64,000 bases of DNA from a bacterium (GTDB taxonomy: Bacteria > SM23-31): NCBI GenBank assembly GCA_965249485.1, contig OZ252239.1:448001-512000 (forward strand), written 5' to 3'. Positions within the stretch are counted from its first letter, which is position 1. The number at the start of each line of letters is the position of its first letter. The position numbers and the translations under genes were made by a program. Positions 61,766 through 64,000 of the stretch are shown one piece after another. The notes below the pieces were generated by a model. The model did no database searches, was not told the origin of the DNA, and saw only the letters and a list, made by a program, of their open reading frames with translations.

Positions 61766-62959
61766 TTATCTTCTCGGCGGCTGCTCAAGGACAAGTGTTG
61801 TTTCATAAAATTGATTATTCCGAATTACCTTTAGCTGAAATGATCTGCCCGGCCGTGGTTCCGCCTGTCGAATAATCCGACGGATATCCTTCGAGTTTTG
61901 AACAAGATTTCCGTTGATTTCTACAATTACATCACTTTGCTGCAGATTGGCTTTTTCTGCCGGACTAAATTGATCAACAATCCAGATTAAATATCCTGTG
62001 TTCTGATTGAGTCCTAAACGGTAGGCCAGCCTGTTGTTGACATCATATCCTGTTGATATACCGATCCAATAGTCGGTATTTGATGTAGCCTGTTGCTTTA
62101 AATCCTCAACAATTGCCTTTATATTGTTCACAGGAACCGCAAATCCGATACCGATCGAGCCGCGCGCACCGCTACCACCGGTATAGATTACCGTATTTAT
62201 ACCGATAACATCGCCTGCACCATTGACAAGCGGTCCGCCACTGTTTCCTGGATTGATCGAGGCATCCGTCTGAATCATATCTTGATATATGTACGATTCA
62301 CCTTGTTGGCCGCCAAGATGACGCCCCAATGCACTTACTACACCAACGGTTACTGCCGGCTGATTATTAAAATTGAACAAGCCGAATGGATTACCAAGAG
62401 AAATTGCCCATTCTCCGACAATTATGTCATCGGAATCGCCGAATTTCACACTGGGAAAGTTCTCTCCTTCAATTTTCAGCAGCGCTAAATCAAGCGCCCG
62501 GTCACTTCCAACCAACTGTGCTTGATAGGTATTACCGTCGGTAAGTGCCACGCTGATTTCCGTTGCGTCGCTAACAACATGATCGTTTGTCAGGATGTAG
62601 CCATCGGATGAAATGATAAAGCCAGATCCGAGACCGCTGACTTCCTGACGCACGTTGTTTCCGTAGTAAAACAACTGCAAAAGAGAATTAGGAGTGTACT
62701 GTTGATACGACTTCGTACTTATTCCTACTATGGCAGGACTAACAATTTCGACTGCACGGGTAATTGCATTCTGCCGGGAAACTGATATTTCATCATTGAG
62801 TTGGCCTTTAATATCCTGCAGATCTGTATCAGGTACTGACGCGGCAGACTGCTCAACATCTGTATTTTCTACAGTATCCTGCGAACTGTTCCGCCAGACG
62901 AGCCAAAAAATCATGACAGTAGCAACAATAAGTACTATTAAAATCTTTCCTGACTTCAA
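61766..62959 (-). CDS. HtrA/DegS-like trypsin serine protease with PDZ domain
   Basis: N-terminal TM, GSGFII, TNDHVV, DLAL, QTDASINPGNSGGPL, PDZ. Confidence 0.93.
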   Translation of the reverse strand: MKSGKILIVLIVATVMIFWLVWRNSSQDTVENTDVEQSAASVPDTDLQDIKGQLNDEISVSRQNAITRAVEIVSPAIVGISTKSYQQYTPNSLLQLFYYGNNVRQEVSGLGSGFIISSDGYILTNDHVVSDATEISVALTDGNTYQAQLVGSDRALDLALLKIEGENFPSVKFGDSDDIIVGEWAISLGNPFGLFNFNNQPAVTVGVVSALGRHLGGQQGESYIYQDMIQTDASINPGNSGGPLVNGAGDVIGINTVIYTGGSGARGSIGIGFAVPVNNIKAIVEDLKQQATSNTDYWIGISTGYDVNNRLAYRLGLNQNTGYLIWIVDQFSPAEKANLQQSDVIVEINGNLVQNSKDIRRIIRQAEPRPGRSFQLKVIRNNQFYETTLVLEQPPRR

Positions 62960-62971
62960 CGGAAAAACTCC

Positions 62972-63616
62972 TTATTTCTTAACTTTTTCCCAATCCTGTA
63001 GAAACTTTTCGATACCGATATCTGTCAGGGGGTGTTTAATTATCTGCTCCAAAACTTTAAAAGGTATGGTCACTATATCAGCTCCTGCAAGCGCTGTTTC
63101 AAACACGTGTACCGGATGTCTGATGCTCGCGGAGATGATTTCTGTTTCAATACCATAATTATCGTAGATGGTGACGATATCCCGGATGACATCCATACCA
63201 TAGTTGACTGTATCGTCGATACGTCCAATAAATGGACTTACAAATGTTGCTCCTGCTTTTGCTGCAAGCAGCGCCTGTATCGGTTGAAAAATCAAGGTTG
63301 TATTGGTTTTGATCCCCTCACTTGTGAAGATCTTCAGTGCTTTTAATCCTTCAAGTGTGACTGGTACTTTCACATTTATATTGTCGGCAATTTTTGCAAA
63401 CTCCCGTCCTTCTTTCACCATTCCCTCAGCATCGAGACTGACAGTTTCCGCACTGACGGGGCCTTCTACAATCGAGGTAATCTCCTTTAGCTTATCTGGA
63501 TAGGTCCCTTCCTCTTTGGACATGAGTGTAGGATTGGTCGTGATTCCATCAAGAATACCGAAACTGTGTGCTTCCCTAATTTCATCAATATTCGCTGTAT
63601 CCAAAAAAAATTTCAT
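62972..63616 (-). CDS. tal: Transaldolase / fructose-6-phosphate aldolase family
   Basis: [38 protein letters not shown]. Confidence 0.9.
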   Translation of the reverse strand: MKFFLDTANIDEIREAHSFGILDGITTNPTLMSKEEGTYPDKLKEITSIVEGPVSAETVSLDAEGMVKEGREFAKIADNINVKVPVTLEGLKALKIFTSEGIKTNTTLIFQPIQALLAAKAGATFVSPFIGRIDDTVNYGMDVIRDIVTIYDNYGIETEIISASIRHPVHVFETALAGADIVTIPFKVLEQIIKHPLTDIGIEKFLQDWEKVKK

Positions 63617-63682
63617 GCTGGCCTCTCTCCTTCACATTTCTCCGCTCCGACGGAGTTTGTTGCGTATGTTATGGATTGCTAT

Positions 63683-64000
63683 TTAATAATCGATTTTTTC
63701 CAAATATAATCCGTGGGGTGGTGCAAGGCTGCTTATCTGTGAACGATCCCCATCTGTGAGAATTTCTTCAAAAATACTCGGTTGTTTTGCACCGCGGCCG
63801 ACGTCAACAAGTGTTCCGGTGATTGCCCGCACCATTCCATGAAGAAATCTGTCGGCTTTGATAGTAATAGTCATATAAGGACTGCTTTTCCGGATCGCCG
63901 TATTCTGTATAGTACAACGGTAACTCTTTTCATCTTCATTTATCTTAGCAAGCGGCTCAAAAATGTGTGTTCCATGCAGTGAATACAGCGCCTTTTCCAT
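63683..64000 (-). CDS. truA: tRNA pseudouridine(38-40) synthase, 3' part (5' end outside the window)
   Basis: ADRFLHGMVRAITGTL, APPHGLYL...Y. Confidence 0.88.
   Translation of the reverse strand: MEKALYSLHGTHIFEPLAKINEDEKSYRCTIQNTAIRKSSPYMTITIKADRFLHGMVRAITGTLVDVGRGAKQPSIFEEILTDGDRSQISSLAPPHGLYLEKIDY

Overview
Bacterial chromosomal window with no rRNA, tRNA or CRISPR array seen. The gene content looks FCB-superphylum-like (e.g. KSB1/Calditrichota/Ignavibacteria type); this is an inference only. 1-19 kb: GntP permease, FAD/Fe-S oxidoreductase and a run of exported hydrolases (VPS10/BNR protein, Tat amidase, M28, alpha/beta hydrolase, two M20 paralogs) plus an M48 peptidase; three genes here carry single-base frameshifts. 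19.3-20.9 kb: four identical 407-bp tandem copies of the promoter region and 5' end of ctaB/cyoE. 20.7-37.2 kb: a complete alternative complex III (actA-G) plus an A2-type caa3 oxidase and assembly genes, with an intact IS1595-family element between sco and coxB. 37-64 kb: mostly housekeeping genes (dprA, obgE, icd, serS, pdxJ, thrC, gatAB, tatA, pssA, psd, purB, HtrA protease, transaldolase, truA). Main oddities: a PurC homologue that has lost most CAIR/aspartate-binding residues; a strict 13x34-aa repeat protein ending in a MinD-like membrane-targeting helix; and a decaying patch holding a near-consensus sigma-28 promoter with a flagellin-like stub, a HiPIP-like 4-Cys microprotein and an aquaporin pseudogene. 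An M28 peptidase also has His in place of its catalytic Glu.
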